NCBI GenBank assembly: GCA_963663965.2
Contig: CAXXFK010000010.1
Span: 249,593 to 313,592, forward strand
DNA: 64,000 nucleotides
Direction: 5' to 3'
Source of the DNA: Sedimentisphaerales bacterium
Lineage (GTDB): Bacteria; Planctomycetota; Phycisphaerae; Sedimentisphaerales; SM23-30
A program made the position numbers and the translations under genes. Below are positions 32,487-43,496 of the stretch, piece by piece. The notes beneath the pieces were generated by a model. The model did no database searches. It had not been told where the DNA came from and saw only the letters and a program-made list of their open reading frames with translations. Each line of letters opens with the position of its first letter. Position 1 is the first letter of the stretch.

Positions 32487-33615
32487 ATGATCGAACGTGA
32501 AAATCTATCTGAATCGCTACAGAATATGGAGGCCCGGCTATTAACCATTCGGGACTCCCTTTGACTTACCCGAAAAACAACAGGAATTGAGTGCCCTGGA
32601 TGCCCGAATGGCTGAACCGGGTTTCTGGAATGATCAGGAAAAAGCTCAGGCAGTTATCAGTCAGGCCAAAATTCTTCGCTCTCAGATTGAACCGATTATC
32701 GAGGTACTCGACGAAGTCATCAGTTGTAAAGAGTTATTGGAACTGGCTGAGCTGGAAAAAGATGAACAAACCGTATTAGAAGTGATTACCCTGGCAGAAG
32801 TCCTTATCAACCGGGTAGAAAAAATCGAGCTAACCTCTTTACTTAGCGGTAAAAACGATCAAAAAGACTGCTTTTTCAGTATCCATGCCGGCGCCGGTGG
32901 CACTGAAAGTTGTGACTGGGCCAGTATGCTACTACGAATGTATACACGCTATTTTGAACGAGTTGGTTACGATTTTGAAGAAATCGATATAACCCCGGGT
33001 GAAGAAGCGGGAATACGATCTATAACTCTCAGAGTCAAAGGGCCTTACGCTTTTGGTTATCTCTCTTGTGAAGCGGGTGTTCATCGTCTGGTCCGTATCA
33101 GTCCCTTTGATGCGAACAAAAGACGCCATACCAGTTTTGTGGCGATCGACGTCCTGCCGGATTACGGCGAGACAGCCGAAGTTGAACTGAATATGGATGA
33201 AATCGAGATGGTCCTGTACCGCCGGGCCAGCGGCGCCGGAGGTCAGAACGTAAACAAAGTTGCGTCAGCAGTCCGACTCAAACACCTCCCCACTGGAATT
33301 GTCGTTGATTGTGTAACCGAACGAAGCCAGCATATGAACCGGGCATTGGCAATGGCCATGCTCAAAGCAAAAATTGAACGGCTTGAACAACAAAAACGCG
33401 ATGAAGAAATGAATAAAATCTACGGTGAAAAAGGGGAAATCGCCTGGGGAAATCAAATCAGAAGCTATGTCATGCAACCTTACCAGATGGTAAAAGATCA
33501 CCGAACCGACTTTCAAGTTGGTAATCCACAAACAGTACTCGATGGAGATCTGGATGAATTCATCGAGGCTTACTTAAGGCATCGTATCGCCAATAAATCT
33601 AAAAAAAATAAATAA
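32487..33615 (+). CDS. prfB: Peptide chain release factor 2 with programmed +1 frameshift
   Basis: A 25-codon ORF MIERENL...RDSL ends at CTT TGA C (32559-32565). The +1 frame continues DLPEKQQEL and contains the SPF and GGQ motifs. Confidence 0.96.
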
Positions 33616-33748
33616 TCCCGTCTAAACTGTTAGTATTATTTGGACTATCTCCAAGTTGATAGATGTGTATCTTATTGATACCAAACACCTTAGATCGCGC
33701 CAACGGGAATTAGCTCCCAATCCTCTTAACATTTTCCTACCGTAACTA

Positions 33749-33777
33749 TTGACCTGAAAACTTATTTGAGGTATAGT
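33749..33777 (+). promoter_or_regulatory. Sigma70 promoter
   Basis: TTGACC-17 nt-TATAGT. Confidence 0.65.
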
Positions 33778-33829
33778 AACATTCAACGATACAATAAGAT
33801 GCATCAATTATTAATTAGGATAGCTAACT

Positions 33830-34048
33830 ATGTCTAACTTATTTACAAAAATGGCGTTAATAATGATAATTGGTCTGGTTCTCAGTAGCGTTGGCTGTAA
33901 AAGCAGTGTCAACAATTCCAGCCAGTCCATTCGGAAATATAATCGCGTTTCGAATATTAACCGTATGTTACTGGCCAACGATATTGAAAAACTTATGCTG
34001 CTGGATCGCCCAAGTCGATTAACCCGTTGGCATGTAGTGGCGGAATAA
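33830..34048 (+). CDS. Small hypothetical lipoprotein
   Basis: AGGA RBS, SVG-C lipobox, own promoter and terminator, C-terminal LLDRPSRLT. Confidence 0.75.
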   Translation: MSNLFTKMALIMIIGLVLSSVGCKSSVNNSSQSIRKYNRVSNINRMLLANDIEKLMLLDRPSRLTRWHVVAE

Positions 34049-34087
34049 TTGTTAATCACCTTATTTACAATATCTTATAATAAAATT

Positions 34088-34128
34088 AAACGGATGTTAT
34101 AAATTTTATAACATCCGTTTTTGCTTTT
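34088..34128 (+). terminator. Intrinsic terminator
   Basis: 15-bp stem AAACGGATGTTATAA/TTATAACATCCGTTT followed by a T-rich tract. Confidence 0.8.
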
Positions 34129-34229
34129 AGTCGGTTTTAATTTTATCTTTCATGGTAGAAATGCACATGTTTTCGGATTTAGTGCATAAACTATGCTCCC
34201 TGGCCCGGAATGTGGCTGAAAGGAAAACC

Positions 34230-34865
34230 ATGAAAAGAATATATCTATTTATTTTTTATATACTTACAATCACGAGTCTGGCGTGTGCCTCACCGACTCA
34301 GACAATGATATCATTTGCCAATCCTTCTAATAATGCCTCTGACCCTCTTATTACAGTTGATTTTACCAATAACTTAATATCAGGAGGGTGGGATGACAGT
34401 AAAACAGGATTGGATCTGGTGGCTCATTTCCTTGGCGGCACAACTTATCATAACACCTGGTTTGTGATTTCCCCAACTGTTTATACTGATGATACATTCA
34501 ATGGCCAGACAGACTCGGGCGGTTCGATTCAGTTTTATCAGGACAATACCCCTGCTGACCAGCCATTGATGATGATTGAATACGATTATGCTACTTTATC
34601 ACCGGGTGGTTTATTCGCAGATGAAGTTTTCACCCTGGGCGATATCGATGTCAGCGGTCCGATTACTGAAGGATTCAATTTTACCCAGGAATCGATCTCA
34701 TTTTCACTGGCAAACCAGCATTTTATCGATGACAATCCACAAAACGGATTTACCGCCACTGCCTCTTTTGACTCATCGGCCAAGATAGTCCCAGAGCCAT
34801 TGACCCTCACGCTACTGGGCCTCGGTGGTAGCGTGTTGATACTAAAACGTAAAAGACAGGCCTGA
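34230..34865 (+). CDS. PEP-CTERM sorting domain protein
   Basis: Signal peptide and C-terminal VPEPLTLTLLGLGGSVLILKRKR. Confidence 0.92.
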   Translation: MKRIYLFIFYILTITSLACASPTQTMISFANPSNNASDPLITVDFTNNLISGGWDDSKTGLDLVAHFLGGTTYHNTWFVISPTVYTDDTFNGQTDSGGSIQFYQDNTPADQPLMMIEYDYATLSPGGLFADEVFTLGDIDVSGPITEGFNFTQESISFSLANQHFIDDNPQNGFTATASFDSSAKIVPEPLTLTLLGLGGSVLILKRKRQA

Positions 34866-34895
34866 CAGTCTGTAGTATTTGGATTTAGTTGTTGT

Positions 34896-34930
34896 AACCT
34901 TGTCGCTCTACGCGCCAAGGTTTTTTTATT
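34896..34930 (+). terminator. Intrinsic terminator
   Basis: AACCTTG...CAAGGTT stem followed by a T run. Confidence 0.6.
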
Positions 34931-35285
34931 GAGGTTCATAACGAAAGTCGATTGTCAGTATAGCTTTGATGTGGTTTATCCTTCAAAAACCTATTATCAT
35001 GCCGTTTCCTGGCTATTGTCAACGGCATCTTAATAACAGACATAAACCACAACAAATAATAGCTTTACAGATCAAGATATCCTATTCCAAGTCCCTGATA
35101 TGAATAACACCACATAGGATTCCACTTTCTTCTGTTCCAAGGCATTAGAAATGAATCCGAAAATTTCCAATTTCCCAATCGGTTCAAGAAAATTTTCCCC
35201 ATTCTCACAACAAATTTGCTATAATTTTTGGATAGCTAATTGTGCAATAATTATCTTCAGGTCATCTGACCATTCCCAATTTTTC

Positions 35286-36203
35286 ATGAAAAATACAGCC
35301 AAAGGACTTATATTCAGTCTCAAAAAATATGCCATCCATGATGGTCCGGGTATCCGTACAACCATATTTTTCAAAGGGTGTCCGCTCCGATGCCTCTGGT
35401 GCCATAATCCAGAAAGCTATCTACCCCAACCAGAACTGATGGTAACTACTACCCGATGCAGCCAATGCGGCCAATGTATCAACTCATGCCCCAATACGGC
35501 CATCCATATGTCCAATGGCCTACTATTCACCGATCCCAATACCTGTACTCATTGCGGTCAATGCGTTCAGCATTGTCCAACCCGCGCGCGCGAACTAACC
35601 GGTCATTTTGTCTCCGCGGATGAAGTGGTTGAAGAAATCGAAAAAGATCTTATCTTTTACGACTCATCGGGAGGTGGAATGACCGCATCTGGTGGCGAAC
35701 CTCTCAGTCAGCCCGAATTCCTGCTGGCAGTCCTGAAAAAATGTAAAAATCGTTCGATCCACACCGTCGTCGACACTTGCTGCTTTGCTCAACGCGCCAT
35801 CCTCGAAAAAGTCTCGCCTTATACCGATCTGTTTCTATGCGATCTCAAACACCTCGATAACGAAACGCATCGCCAATTGACCGGAGTTCCCAATGACCTC
35901 ATTCTTAACAATATCCGCTGGCTCTCACAGCATCATGGCAGCATCATTATCCGGTTCCCTCTCATTCCCGGTTGTAATGACGCCAACGCCAATATCGAAG
36001 CAACCGCAAGTTTCACCCGCTCCCTGCCCAATTTGAAACGGGTAGATCTGTTACAATACAACCCCGGTGGCGCTGAAAAGCAGCAACGCTTAATACATAC
36101 TAATAACAGTATCAACTGTAACCAAACTCTTTCCAGTCAACGTCTCGATGAAATATCTCAGCAGTTTAAAATGAATGGAATACCCGTTACTATAGGTGGC
36201 TAA
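35286..36203 (+). CDS. Glycyl-radical enzyme activating protein (radical SAM with ferredoxin insert)
   Basis: HDGPGIRT, GCPLRCLWCHNPE, two CxxCxxCxxxC clusters and SGGEPL. Confidence 0.95.
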   Translation: MKNTAKGLIFSLKKYAIHDGPGIRTTIFFKGCPLRCLWCHNPESYLPQPELMVTTTRCSQCGQCINSCPNTAIHMSNGLLFTDPNTCTHCGQCVQHCPTRARELTGHFVSADEVVEEIEKDLIFYDSSGGGMTASGGEPLSQPEFLLAVLKKCKNRSIHTVVDTCCFAQRAILEKVSPYTDLFLCDLKHLDNETHRQLTGVPNDLILNNIRWLSQHHGSIIIRFPLIPGCNDANANIEATASFTRSLPNLKRVDLLQYNPGGAEKQQRLIHTNNSINCNQTLSSQRLDEISQQFKMNGIPVTIGG

Positions 36204-36208
36204 AAAGC

Positions 36209-38593
36209 ATGAATACCGCACCCTCCAACCTGTCAGATCGCGTTAACCAATTACGCCAGAAAACTCTGGATACGACCCCCTACATCTCCACGGAACGCGC
36301 CGAGTTGATCACCCGTTTCTATCAATCCGACGTCCCCATGCAGGTCTCTACCCCGGTCTGCCGGGCGCTCGCCTTCAAATACATCATGGAAAACAAAACG
36401 ATATTCATCGACGCAGGCGAACTGATTGTCGGTGAACGCGGTCCGGCTCCTAAAGCCACACCCACTTATCCTGAACTCTGCTGTCACGACCTCGAAGACC
36501 TCCGCATCATGAACAGCCGTGATCGCACCCGTTATCTGGTCTCTCAAGAAGTTATCAAAACCTATGAAGACCATATTATCCCATTCTGGAAAGGCAAAAC
36601 CATTCGCGAAAAGATCTTCGCTGATATGACACCCGAATGGCACAAGGCTTTCAACGCCGGTGTCTTCACTGAATTCATGGAACAACGCGCCCCCGGCCAT
36701 GCTATTCTCGATGACAAAATTTACATCAACGGTCTCCTGTTCTATCAAAACAAAATCGAAAAGGTCCGAGCAGCTCTCGATTTTCTCAACGATCCTCAAG
36801 CCTGGAACAAAGACCAGGAATTACAGGCCATGGCCATCACCATCGATGCCGTCCTTATTTTTGCCCAACGCTACAGCCAGCACGCTCGCGACCTGGCCCA
36901 TACCGAAGCTGATCCCGTTCGCAAACAGGAACTGCTCACTATCGCCGAGGTCTGCGCACGCGTACCGGCTCATCCCGCCGCAACATTTCATGAAGCTCTC
37001 CAATCCTATTGGTTTATCCACCTTGGTGTCATCACCGAACTCAACACCTGGGATTCCTTTAATCCCGGCCGCCTCGACCTTAACCTGTTCCCATATTACC
37101 AAAAGCAACTCAATGCCGGCCAGTTGACCCGTGAGCAGGCCCGCGAATTGCTGCAATGCTTCTGGATCAAATTTCACAATCATCCCGCTCCGCCCAAAGT
37201 TGGCATCACCGAAGAACAAAGCGGCACCTATACCGACTTCGCACTGATCAACGTCGGCGGTGTCATTCCCCAGTCCGGCGCCGATGCCGTGAATGATCTG
37301 TCATATCTGATTCTCGATGTCGTCGAAGAGATGCGCCTGGTCCAGCCCAGCGCCTGTGTCCAGATCAGCGCTAAAACCCCCGAACGCTTCCTGATGCGGG
37401 TCTGTGAAGTCATTCGTACCGGCTTCGGCCAGCCTTCTGTATTTAATACCGATACCATTATCGCCGAACTCCTGCGCGCCGGCAAATCTATCATTGACGC
37501 CCGTACTGGCGGCCCAAGTGGTTGCGTTGAAATCAGCGCTTTCGGCAATGAAAGCTGCACCCTTACCGGCTATTTCAACTGGGGCAAGATCTTTGAACTG
37601 GCCTGCTATGATGGCAAAGATCCGGTCTCTGGCGAGCAACTGGGCCCCCACACCGGCCATGCCACTGACTTCAAAACCTTTGGTAATTTCTTCAACGCGT
37701 ATCGTACCCAACTCGAATACTTCGTCGACATGAAAATCAAAGGCAATAACGTCATCGAACGAATTTATGCTAATCTGATGCCATCCCCCTGGATGTCTGT
37801 CTTGGTAAACGACTGCATCGATAAAGGGCTCGACTACCACAACGGCGGCCCTCGCTATAATGCCACCTATATCCAAGGTGTTGGACTTGGCACCATCACC
37901 AACGCCATCTCAGCCGTCAAACATCATGTCTACGACCGAAAAACCATAACCATGTCCGAATTGCTTCAGGCACTTGAATCCAACTTTGCAAACCATGAAA
38001 CCTTGCGCCAGATCCTGCTTAACGATACACCCTGCTATGGCAACGATGATGATAGCGCAGACCGGATCACCGAGCAACTCTTCGAAACCTATTTCAATGC
38101 CATCGACAATCGGCCCAACACCAAAGGCGGCCAGTATCGCATCAACCTGCTGCCCACCACGGTTCATGTTTACTTCGGTTCGGTTTGCGGCGCACTACCC
38201 AATGGCCGCCTCGCTGGCGAACCTCTTTCCGACGGTATTTCACCTCACCAGGGTTCCGACACCAAAGGCCCCACAGCCATTGTTAAATCGGCGGCTCGCA
38301 TCGATCACACCCGGACCGGCGGCACCCTGCTCAATATGAAATTCAATCCGCAGGTACTCGAAGGCGATAACCTCAGACACCTGGCCAGCCTGATCCGGGC
38401 CTATTTCAAGCTTGGCGGTCACCATATCCAGTTCAATGTCATCACCGCCGATACCCTCCGCAAAGCCCAAGCCAAACCAGAAAGCTATCGCAACCTGATC
38501 GTTCGGGTCGCCGGCTATTCCGATTGTTTTGTTGATCTAGGCCGTGATTTACAAAATGAAATCATCGCACGGACCGAACAAAAAAGCTTCTGA
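36209..38593 (+). CDS. hypD: Glycyl radical enzyme, trans-4-hydroxy-L-proline dehydratase-like
   Basis: FMEQRAPGH, NTWDSFNPGRLD, SGTYTDF, SGCVE, LTGY, LPTT and RVAGYS motifs match the HypD active-site pattern as I recall it. Confidence 0.8.
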   Translation: MNTAPSNLSDRVNQLRQKTLDTTPYISTERAELITRFYQSDVPMQVSTPVCRALAFKYIMENKTIFIDAGELIVGERGPAPKATPTYPELCCHDLEDLRIMNSRDRTRYLVSQEVIKTYEDHIIPFWKGKTIREKIFADMTPEWHKAFNAGVFTEFMEQRAPGHAILDDKIYINGLLFYQNKIEKVRAALDFLNDPQAWNKDQELQAMAITIDAVLIFAQRYSQHARDLAHTEADPVRKQELLTIAEVCARVPAHPAATFHEALQSYWFIHLGVITELNTWDSFNPGRLDLNLFPYYQKQLNAGQLTREQARELLQCFWIKFHNHPAPPKVGITEEQSGTYTDFALINVGGVIPQSGADAVNDLSYLILDVVEEMRLVQPSACVQISAKTPERFLMRVCEVIRTGFGQPSVFNTDTIIAELLRAGKSIIDARTGGPSGCVEISAFGNESCTLTGYFNWGKIFELACYDGKDPVSGEQLGPHTGHATDFKTFGNFFNAYRTQLEYFVDMKIKGNNVIERIYANLMPSPWMSVLVNDCIDKGLDYHNGGPRYNATYIQGVGLGTITNAISAVKHHVYDRKTITMSELLQALESNFANHETLRQILLNDTPCYGNDDDSADRITEQLFETYFNAIDNRPNTKGGQYRINLLPTTVHVYFGSVCGALPNGRLAGEPLSDGISPHQGSDTKGPTAIVKSAARIDHTRTGGTLLNMKFNPQVLEGDNLRHLASLIRAYFKLGGHHIQFNVITADTLRKAQAKPESYRNLIVRVAGYSDCFVDLGRDLQNEIIARTEQKSF

Positions 38594-38652
38594 AAAAGTA
38601 AACAAACACCGCCTTTTCTGTTCCATCCTATCCCGGCCAAACAGCAATTCCA

Positions 38653-39624
38653 TTAAACTCTGGTTGAGGCTGTCGATTTGTGGCCCAGGATCCATCCTGC
38701 CCCCAATTCCGGATCGTTATACACCAGGGTGCAATCGCTAAAGCCGGCCGATCGCATCACATCCAGCAATTCCTGTTCGCTGTAGGCCCCAACCATCACA
38801 TGAAATAATGCTGCCAATTGCGGGCCGGTCTTTTTGTTGTTCAATAGAAATTCCTGTACTGCCACCAGCCCACCCGGATTCAGCGCTTGATAAGCCTTGG
38901 CGAGCTTCATCTCAGCCTGGCTACCAGTGCCATGCAAGACATTGGATAGCAACGCCACATCATAGCCACACCCAAAATCATGTGTTTCCCAACTCCCTTC
39001 AATATAATCAATCCGATCCTCCAATCCTTCCCGACTCACTACTTCCCGGGCAATCTGAATCGTCTCCGATAAATCAAAAACTGTCGATCGCAAACGGGGA
39101 TAATGCCGGCACGCCAGAATAGAGTAGGTACCCGGCCCGCCTCCAATATCGATCATATGTTTTCTTCCTTTCAAATCGACATGGTCCAGAAATAGTTTGC
39201 CGCGCTCTCCCATGGTAATATTATGCATTCCCAAAATAAAATGGCGGTGATCAGCCTGACTCGCGCCCGGCTCGGGTTGGATCCGGATGGTTTCCGGCAG
39301 GCTATCCCAGAACCGCCATACGGTCATGGCATGTTTGATGATATCTCCCTGATACTGAGGGCGCCCTGCCACCAGATATTGCTCTGCCATCTCAGTATTA
39401 TAATATTGCCCTTCTTCCTGGCGCAACAACCCCAATGCACAACAGGCAATCAGCACCTTCTCCAGTAACAGGCGATCAGTCCTGCATACATTCGCCAATT
39501 CACCACAATCCATTCCTCCACTGCCCAATTGCGTAAAAAGCCCGAGGTCCGTTGCCACCTGTAAGATCCGTGAAGCGCGATAAGACCAGATCAAATCGTT
39601 TAAAAAACCAAAGTCCTTATCCAT
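38653..39624 (-). CDS. SAM-dependent O-methyltransferase (dimerisation domain plus Methyltransf_2)
   Basis: DLGLF winged-helix start, DIGGGPG, VFDL, LSNVLH and ALNPGG. Confidence 0.9.
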   Translation of the reverse strand: MDKDFGFLNDLIWSYRASRILQVATDLGLFTQLGSGGMDCGELANVCRTDRLLLEKVLIACCALGLLRQEEGQYYNTEMAEQYLVAGRPQYQGDIIKHAMTVWRFWDSLPETIRIQPEPGASQADHRHFILGMHNITMGERGKLFLDHVDLKGRKHMIDIGGGPGTYSILACRHYPRLRSTVFDLSETIQIAREVVSREGLEDRIDYIEGSWETHDFGCGYDVALLSNVLHGTGSQAEMKLAKAYQALNPGGLVAVQEFLLNNKKTGPQLAALFHVMVGAYSEQELLDVMRSAGFSDCTLVYNDPELGAGWILGHKSTASTRV

Positions 39625-39671
39625 TACGTCAGTCCTTGCTCACTGCCAAATTCGATTATGTAAACTGTCTG

Positions 39672-40472
39672 TCAACTAGTCGCGTAATTATGCAAACCGC
39701 CAAATTTTTTTGACAAATTCACCCACAATAGCGTAATAATAATGGCTATCAGGCCGAGTAACGCCAGGATGCCGTTAATCTGAGCATATTTTCGCCCAAA
39801 TATATATCGCCAGTGGAAATACAACAGGTACATCAGCCAACTCGCCAGCGACCATAATTCCTTTGGATCCCAACCCCAGTAATCTCCCCAGGCACGAGCC
39901 CCCCACCAACTCCCCAGGATCAAACCCAGTGTCAATAAAGGGAATCCTAACCGAACCATCCAATAAGCCTTCAATTCATATTCCAGTGCGTCTTTCTCTC
40001 TACCAGGTATCCAGGCATAATAAAGCTGTCCTATCGCCTGAAAAGCCGCCTTGGCCAGAATCACATAAGATAACATATAGACTGCCACGTGCGGCGCGAA
40101 CAAGGGACTCTGTAAAGCCGGCGGCAATGCCTGGGGCTCAGCCTCAAAAATAAAACCTGCCGGGAATAATAGTATTGTACCCAGCAACATATCCCCCGCT
40201 TCCAGACCAGCCCCCAGAAACCGCCGGCAAAACATGGTTAAGGGCCAGAGCGCCATACCCATTGTTAAAAACACCTCAAACATATTCTGCATTGGAATAT
40301 GGCCGACATGCACCCAGCGATAAATCCATGAAATAACCGAAATTAGAAATCCCAGTAGATAGAACCGCTCTGAGATTTTCAACTTTTTCAGGATCGCACA
40401 GAACATGGCTGTCAGGTAACACAGCATATTGGCATAGACCAGACCACCCTGGATTGTCATTTTAATTTCCAT
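39672..40472 (-). CDS. ccsA: Cytochrome c biogenesis protein CcsA (system II)
   Basis: WWD-domain WGARAWGDYWGWDPKELW, LQSP...HV and terminal GLHNY. GGAGG RBS. Confidence 0.93.
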   Translation of the reverse strand: MEIKMTIQGGLVYANMLCYLTAMFCAILKKLKISERFYLLGFLISVISWIYRWVHVGHIPMQNMFEVFLTMGMALWPLTMFCRRFLGAGLEAGDMLLGTILLFPAGFIFEAEPQALPPALQSPLFAPHVAVYMLSYVILAKAAFQAIGQLYYAWIPGREKDALEYELKAYWMVRLGFPLLTLGLILGSWWGARAWGDYWGWDPKELWSLASWLMYLLYFHWRYIFGRKYAQINGILALLGLIAIIITLLWVNLSKKFGGLHNYATS

Positions 40473-41517
40473 TCTGACCTCCTTCCGCAATAGAAGAATG
40501 CTTCTGTCGCTGGCTATACCATTTCCAGGCAGGGACACCCCAGCAATGCAGTAGCAGTCCACCACACAGTAGAAAATATCCAGTGAATACAATCCCAAAC
40601 CCATTATCGCTAGTCACCGATAAAATCGTATACGCGTGGCTCTGTGAATCGTATGAGTGCTGAAAAAAGTAATATCCCCCGTAATGCAGTGGATAATTAA
40701 CCTCTACGGCTTTGGATGCTACTACCTTATCGTTCTGCACAACCTTTATATCACTGATATAATCTTTGGGCATCAATACATAGACCAATTGGACCTTATC
40801 GGCAAACGGTTGAAAATCTTTGAACCTCTCAAAAACCAGCCCTTCCTTTTCGACAGAGTCGGTCGAATCTTTCCAGACCACTCGCAATGCCGGATTTGTT
40901 ACCCCTTCAGGCCCTTCACTTTCCTGTCCCTCCTGTCCCCGGCGGTAATTTTTGAAGACGGCCTTGACTTCGATCTGTCCGAATGATCCTATGTCATATG
41001 CCTCGCCGGCCACCGCAGAGCACTCACCCAGCGATTCTCCTTTGGGTGAATAAACATACAGTTTGCCACGCTCCCAATAATATTCGACCCGAAAGTCATT
41101 CAGATAAAGATCAAACGGCAAGGTAGCTAACTCTTTCTGCTCCTCATCGTACAATTTATTCTGGATCTCTTCTTTATATATATAAGTATAACTCTTCGCA
41201 ATTTTATCGCTGCCAAAATGTTCCCGATTGATACGATGCCCTGTTTCCGAAGCCCACATAGAACCCAGCAGGACCAGTATACAGCCCAAATGAACTGCCA
41301 GCATTCCCGGTTGATTCCGTACCCGAGGGAAAATAACTAGCGAAGCTAGCAATGCAACAGTCAAGAAGCCCCAGAAAGCTTGAAGTGGTAAAGTATTAAA
41401 AAAAAGCCTGGCTTTTTCTGCCCCCTGAAATGATCCGTTAACACTCAATATCAGCATAATCAGCAGTATAGCCAGTCCACTTAACATCGCAATTTTTCGT
41501 AACAGTTTCTTATTCAA
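40462..41517 (-). CDS. resB: Cytochrome c biogenesis protein ResB/CcsB
   Basis: HLGCILVLLG, EVNYPLHYGGY and SYD. Overlaps the start of ccsA. Confidence 0.88.
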   Translation of the reverse strand: MNKKLLRKIAMLSGLAILLIMLILSVNGSFQGAEKARLFFNTLPLQAFWGFLTVALLASLVIFPRVRNQPGMLAVHLGCILVLLGSMWASETGHRINREHFGSDKIAKSYTYIYKEEIQNKLYDEEQKELATLPFDLYLNDFRVEYYWERGKLYVYSPKGESLGECSAVAGEAYDIGSFGQIEVKAVFKNYRRGQEGQESEGPEGVTNPALRVVWKDSTDSVEKEGLVFERFKDFQPFADKVQLVYVLMPKDYISDIKVVQNDKVVASKAVEVNYPLHYGGYYFFQHSYDSQSHAYTILSVTSDNGFGIVFTGYFLLCGGLLLHCWGVPAWKWYSQRQKHSSIAEGGQNGN

Positions 41518-41792
41518 TTAACAGTCCTTAAAATCGTGAAATATTTTGTATAGCCTCAAAATGTATTGCTAAATTTACATAAGAGCGGTTCACCACTGCA
41601 AAACATGAAACAATAGGTGATTTGACCGTTAATATCCATGTTTTTCATTCAGAATCCATACTAAAATTATCCTCGTTAACAATCCGGCGCTTATACTCCT
41701 ATTCTTTTCAGATTTTCCCAATACCATTGTCTGTATTCGATTCTCAGACATTTATAACTTAACCTACTATATATTTTAGACTTAAGATTTAC

Positions 41793-41821
41793 TTGACGTG
41801 ATATTTTTCTTTAGAGATAAT
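41793..41821 (+). promoter_or_regulatory. Sigma70 promoter of the kdsD operon
   Basis: TTGACG-17 nt-GATAAT. Confidence 0.55.
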
Positions 41822-41901
41822 ATCCAATATTAAAAACGTGTCTATGCAAGACGCAATCTAACTTTAACTTATTACATAATTTACATTTGGCAATTGACCT
41901 T

Positions 41902-42894
41902 ATGACGCCAGTACAAATCGATATTCAGGATGCACGCCATATCATCCAGCAGGAAGCAGACGCCTTAAACAACATGGCCTTGTGCCAGGATGATAATTTT
42001 ATCCGGGCCTGTCAGGCTATTCACCAATGTACTGGCTCTGTTGTCTTATCCGGCATTGGCAAAGCTGGTATTATTGCACAGAAAATATCCGCCACCCTGG
42101 CCTCGACTGGTACGCCCAGCCATTTCCTCCATGCGGCCGAAGCCATTCACGGCGATCTCGGCCGGCTTCGATCCGATGATCTGGTCATCGTACTCAGTCA
42201 TAGCGGTTCGAGTGAAGAAATCGTTCGATTAATAGCACTCATCAAACAACAGGGCCTGCCCATGATCGCTATTACCGGAGATCGGCAATCGCCCCTGGCC
42301 CAATACAGCAACCTTACCCTCTGGCTGGGCAATATTGAGGAAGTCTGCCCGCTGGGAGTAGCGCCGAGCACCAGCACAACCTGCATGCTGGCTCTTGGCG
42401 ATGCACTCGCTCTGACCGTCATGAAAGCCAGAAATTTCAACGCCGAAGATTACGCCCGATATCATCCTGGCGGCGCTCTGGGACGAAAACTCGTCACGGT
42501 TGAGCAAGCATCCCTTTATTCCCATCAGGAGCGCCTTCCCGTGGCTTCGGATCGCTGCACCGTTCAGGAAGCCATTGTTCAGTCAGAAACTAACGCCACC
42601 ATGCGTCATGGCTGCATCATGCTTGTCGATGATAAAGGCAGACTATCCGGCCTGATTACAGACGGCGATTTACGTCGACGGATTAAAAACCAGTTTGATC
42701 AGCTTCATTCGTTACCCGTTGCTGAAATCATGACCCGACAACCCAAAGTGGTCAAACCAAAGACCCTGGCCAGTGAAGCCATGGCCATTATTCACAAACA
42801 TCGTATCGATGAACTCCCGGTGGTAGACGATAACAATATCCCTGTCGGCCTGATCGATGTTCAGGACCTGATCGCCCTTAAAGTCATACAATAA
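41902..42894 (+). CDS. kdsD: Arabinose-5-phosphate isomerase (KpsF/GutQ; SIS plus CBS)
   Basis: GIGKAG, STGTPS, EAIHGDLG, APSTST, HPGGALG and CBS pair. Confidence 0.95.
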   Translation: MTPVQIDIQDARHIIQQEADALNNMALCQDDNFIRACQAIHQCTGSVVLSGIGKAGIIAQKISATLASTGTPSHFLHAAEAIHGDLGRLRSDDLVIVLSHSGSSEEIVRLIALIKQQGLPMIAITGDRQSPLAQYSNLTLWLGNIEEVCPLGVAPSTSTTCMLALGDALALTVMKARNFNAEDYARYHPGGALGRKLVTVEQASLYSHQERLPVASDRCTVQEAIVQSETNATMRHGCIMLVDDKGRLSGLITDGDLRRRIKNQFDQLHSLPVAEIMTRQPKVVKPKTLASEAMAIIHKHRIDELPVVDDNNIPVGLIDVQDLIALKVIQ

Positions 42895-42956
42895 AAATGC
42901 TATCCGATTAATTCTTTTTTTAAACGATCCCCTTACTTACAAGAAAACAGTAACTC

Positions 42957-43472
42957 ATGAGCCTACAAACACTCAACATAAAAATGCTTGTCATGGATGT
43001 GGATGGCGTTCTGACCGATGGCGGCATCATTATCCACGAAGATGGCACGGAATCCAAGCGCTTCCATGTTCACGACGGCGCCTGGATCCGGATCTGGAAG
43101 CGTATGGGCTTACAAACTGCCATCATAACGGGTCGTACGTGTCAGGCCGTCGAACATCGTATGCGCTCACTGGAAGTGGATTATGTCTACCAGGGGGCCC
43201 TTAAAAAGCTCGACGTCCTTGACCAATTGATTCAGGATAGCGGGGTTCCTGCGGAGAAGATGGCCTATATCGGAGATGATATTTTTGACTTGCCCGTCAT
43301 GACCCGCGTTGGCTATGGCGCCGTGGTTCCTGAAGCGATCGACACACTGCGCGACGCGGCTGATTATGTCACCATGAAATCGGGTGGTTACGGCGCTGTG
43401 GGTGAATTGATTATCCACCTGCTCAAAAAAATGAATCTATGGGAACATGCCATGGAACGCTACCGGGTCTAA
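42957..43472 (+). CDS. kdsC: KDO 8-phosphate phosphatase
   Basis: DVDGVLTDG, IITGR, YIGDDIFD and GGYGAV. Confidence 0.93.
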   Translation: MSLQTLNIKMLVMDVDGVLTDGGIIIHEDGTESKRFHVHDGAWIRIWKRMGLQTAIITGRTCQAVEHRMRSLEVDYVYQGALKKLDVLDQLIQDSGVPAEKMAYIGDDIFDLPVMTRVGYGAVVPEAIDTLRDAADYVTMKSGGYGAVGELIIHLLKKMNLWEHAMERYRV

Positions 43473-43496
43473 TGTAGGCAGGCAAGAATCCTTAAT

